A program made the translations under genes and the position numbers. 64,000 nt of DNA from Negaprion brevirostris (lineage: Eukaryota). The DNA lies in NCBI GenBank assembly GCA_030324005.1, contig JARDVH010000193.1, positions 94,808,905-94,872,904 of the forward strand, written 5' to 3'. This document shows positions 63,581 through 64,000 of this stretch, one piece after another. The stretch's first letter is position 1. Each line of letters opens with the position of its first letter. Under the pieces are notes generated by a model. That model had not been told where the DNA came from and did not search any database. It was given only the letters and a program-made list of their open reading frames with translations.

Positions 63581-64000
63581 ACGTTTTAGTGATAANNNNN
63601 NNNNNNNNNNNNNNNNNNNNGGTTTCTAACAGTTGTGCGTTTTTTTGGGCTTAAGAAGGTAGACAGGCTTTCCTTCTCGATGTTGGTGGGGGGGAGGTGG
63701 GGAGAGACGAAAACGTGTTCCATTTTAAGAAAAAAAATGCCGCCTTTCGGCCTTAACAAAAGACTGTGCTAGCTCATCGCCATTCCCTTGATTAATGATA
63801 ACCAGATTGCTCGGTAACTCGCCTAAGTAAACAGGACTTATACTGGATGTGAATATATCTATCGCCAATGCTTTGAATGGTTCCATTATCACCTCCCATA
63901 CGGAGAACAATAAAGGTAGTCTGGAAGGTTTACTGTAGACAGTTAAAATAAGTAGCATCCCATTCAGATGGACTCTCGTGGGTGTGCTGGCCTTGCAAAT

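Noticed and set aside
1-64000. CRISPR arrays, prokaryotic operons, genuine tRNA or rRNA genes
   Set aside because: This is vertebrate intron/exon DNA. The tRNA-like A/B boxes belong to SINE heads, and I saw no regularly spaced repeat-spacer array.

Overview
Eukaryotic genomic DNA, most likely from a shark or other elasmobranch, judged from its SINE/LINE content. It is a draft assembly with many N gaps. The window carries coding exons 2-11 of histone deacetylase 8 (HDAC8) on the + strand (2087-48596). Exon 1 lies upstream of the window, and most of exon 9 is lost in an N gap. Exon lengths (53, 131, 142, 113, 78, 109, 173, [95], 106, 23 nt) match the human gene as I recall it, and all visible splice sites are GT-AG. 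Introns and the 3' flank are full of decayed repeats: CR1-, L2- and Rex1-type LINEs, tRNA-headed V-SINE/HE1-like and Deu-like SINEs, Harbinger transposase and MITE remnants, a solo LTR and Penelope-like palindromes. The most unusual observation is a ~395-bp element (62399-62793, - strand). It consists of the U1 snRNA 5' half, a linker, a rearranged U2 snRNA and an A-tail, inserted as one unit into a CR1. A second U2-derived copy with shared derived changes sits at 13926-14120. Together they suggest a spliceosomal-snRNA-derived SINE-like family. Repeat boundaries are approximate and family names come from remembered consensus features, not from searches.
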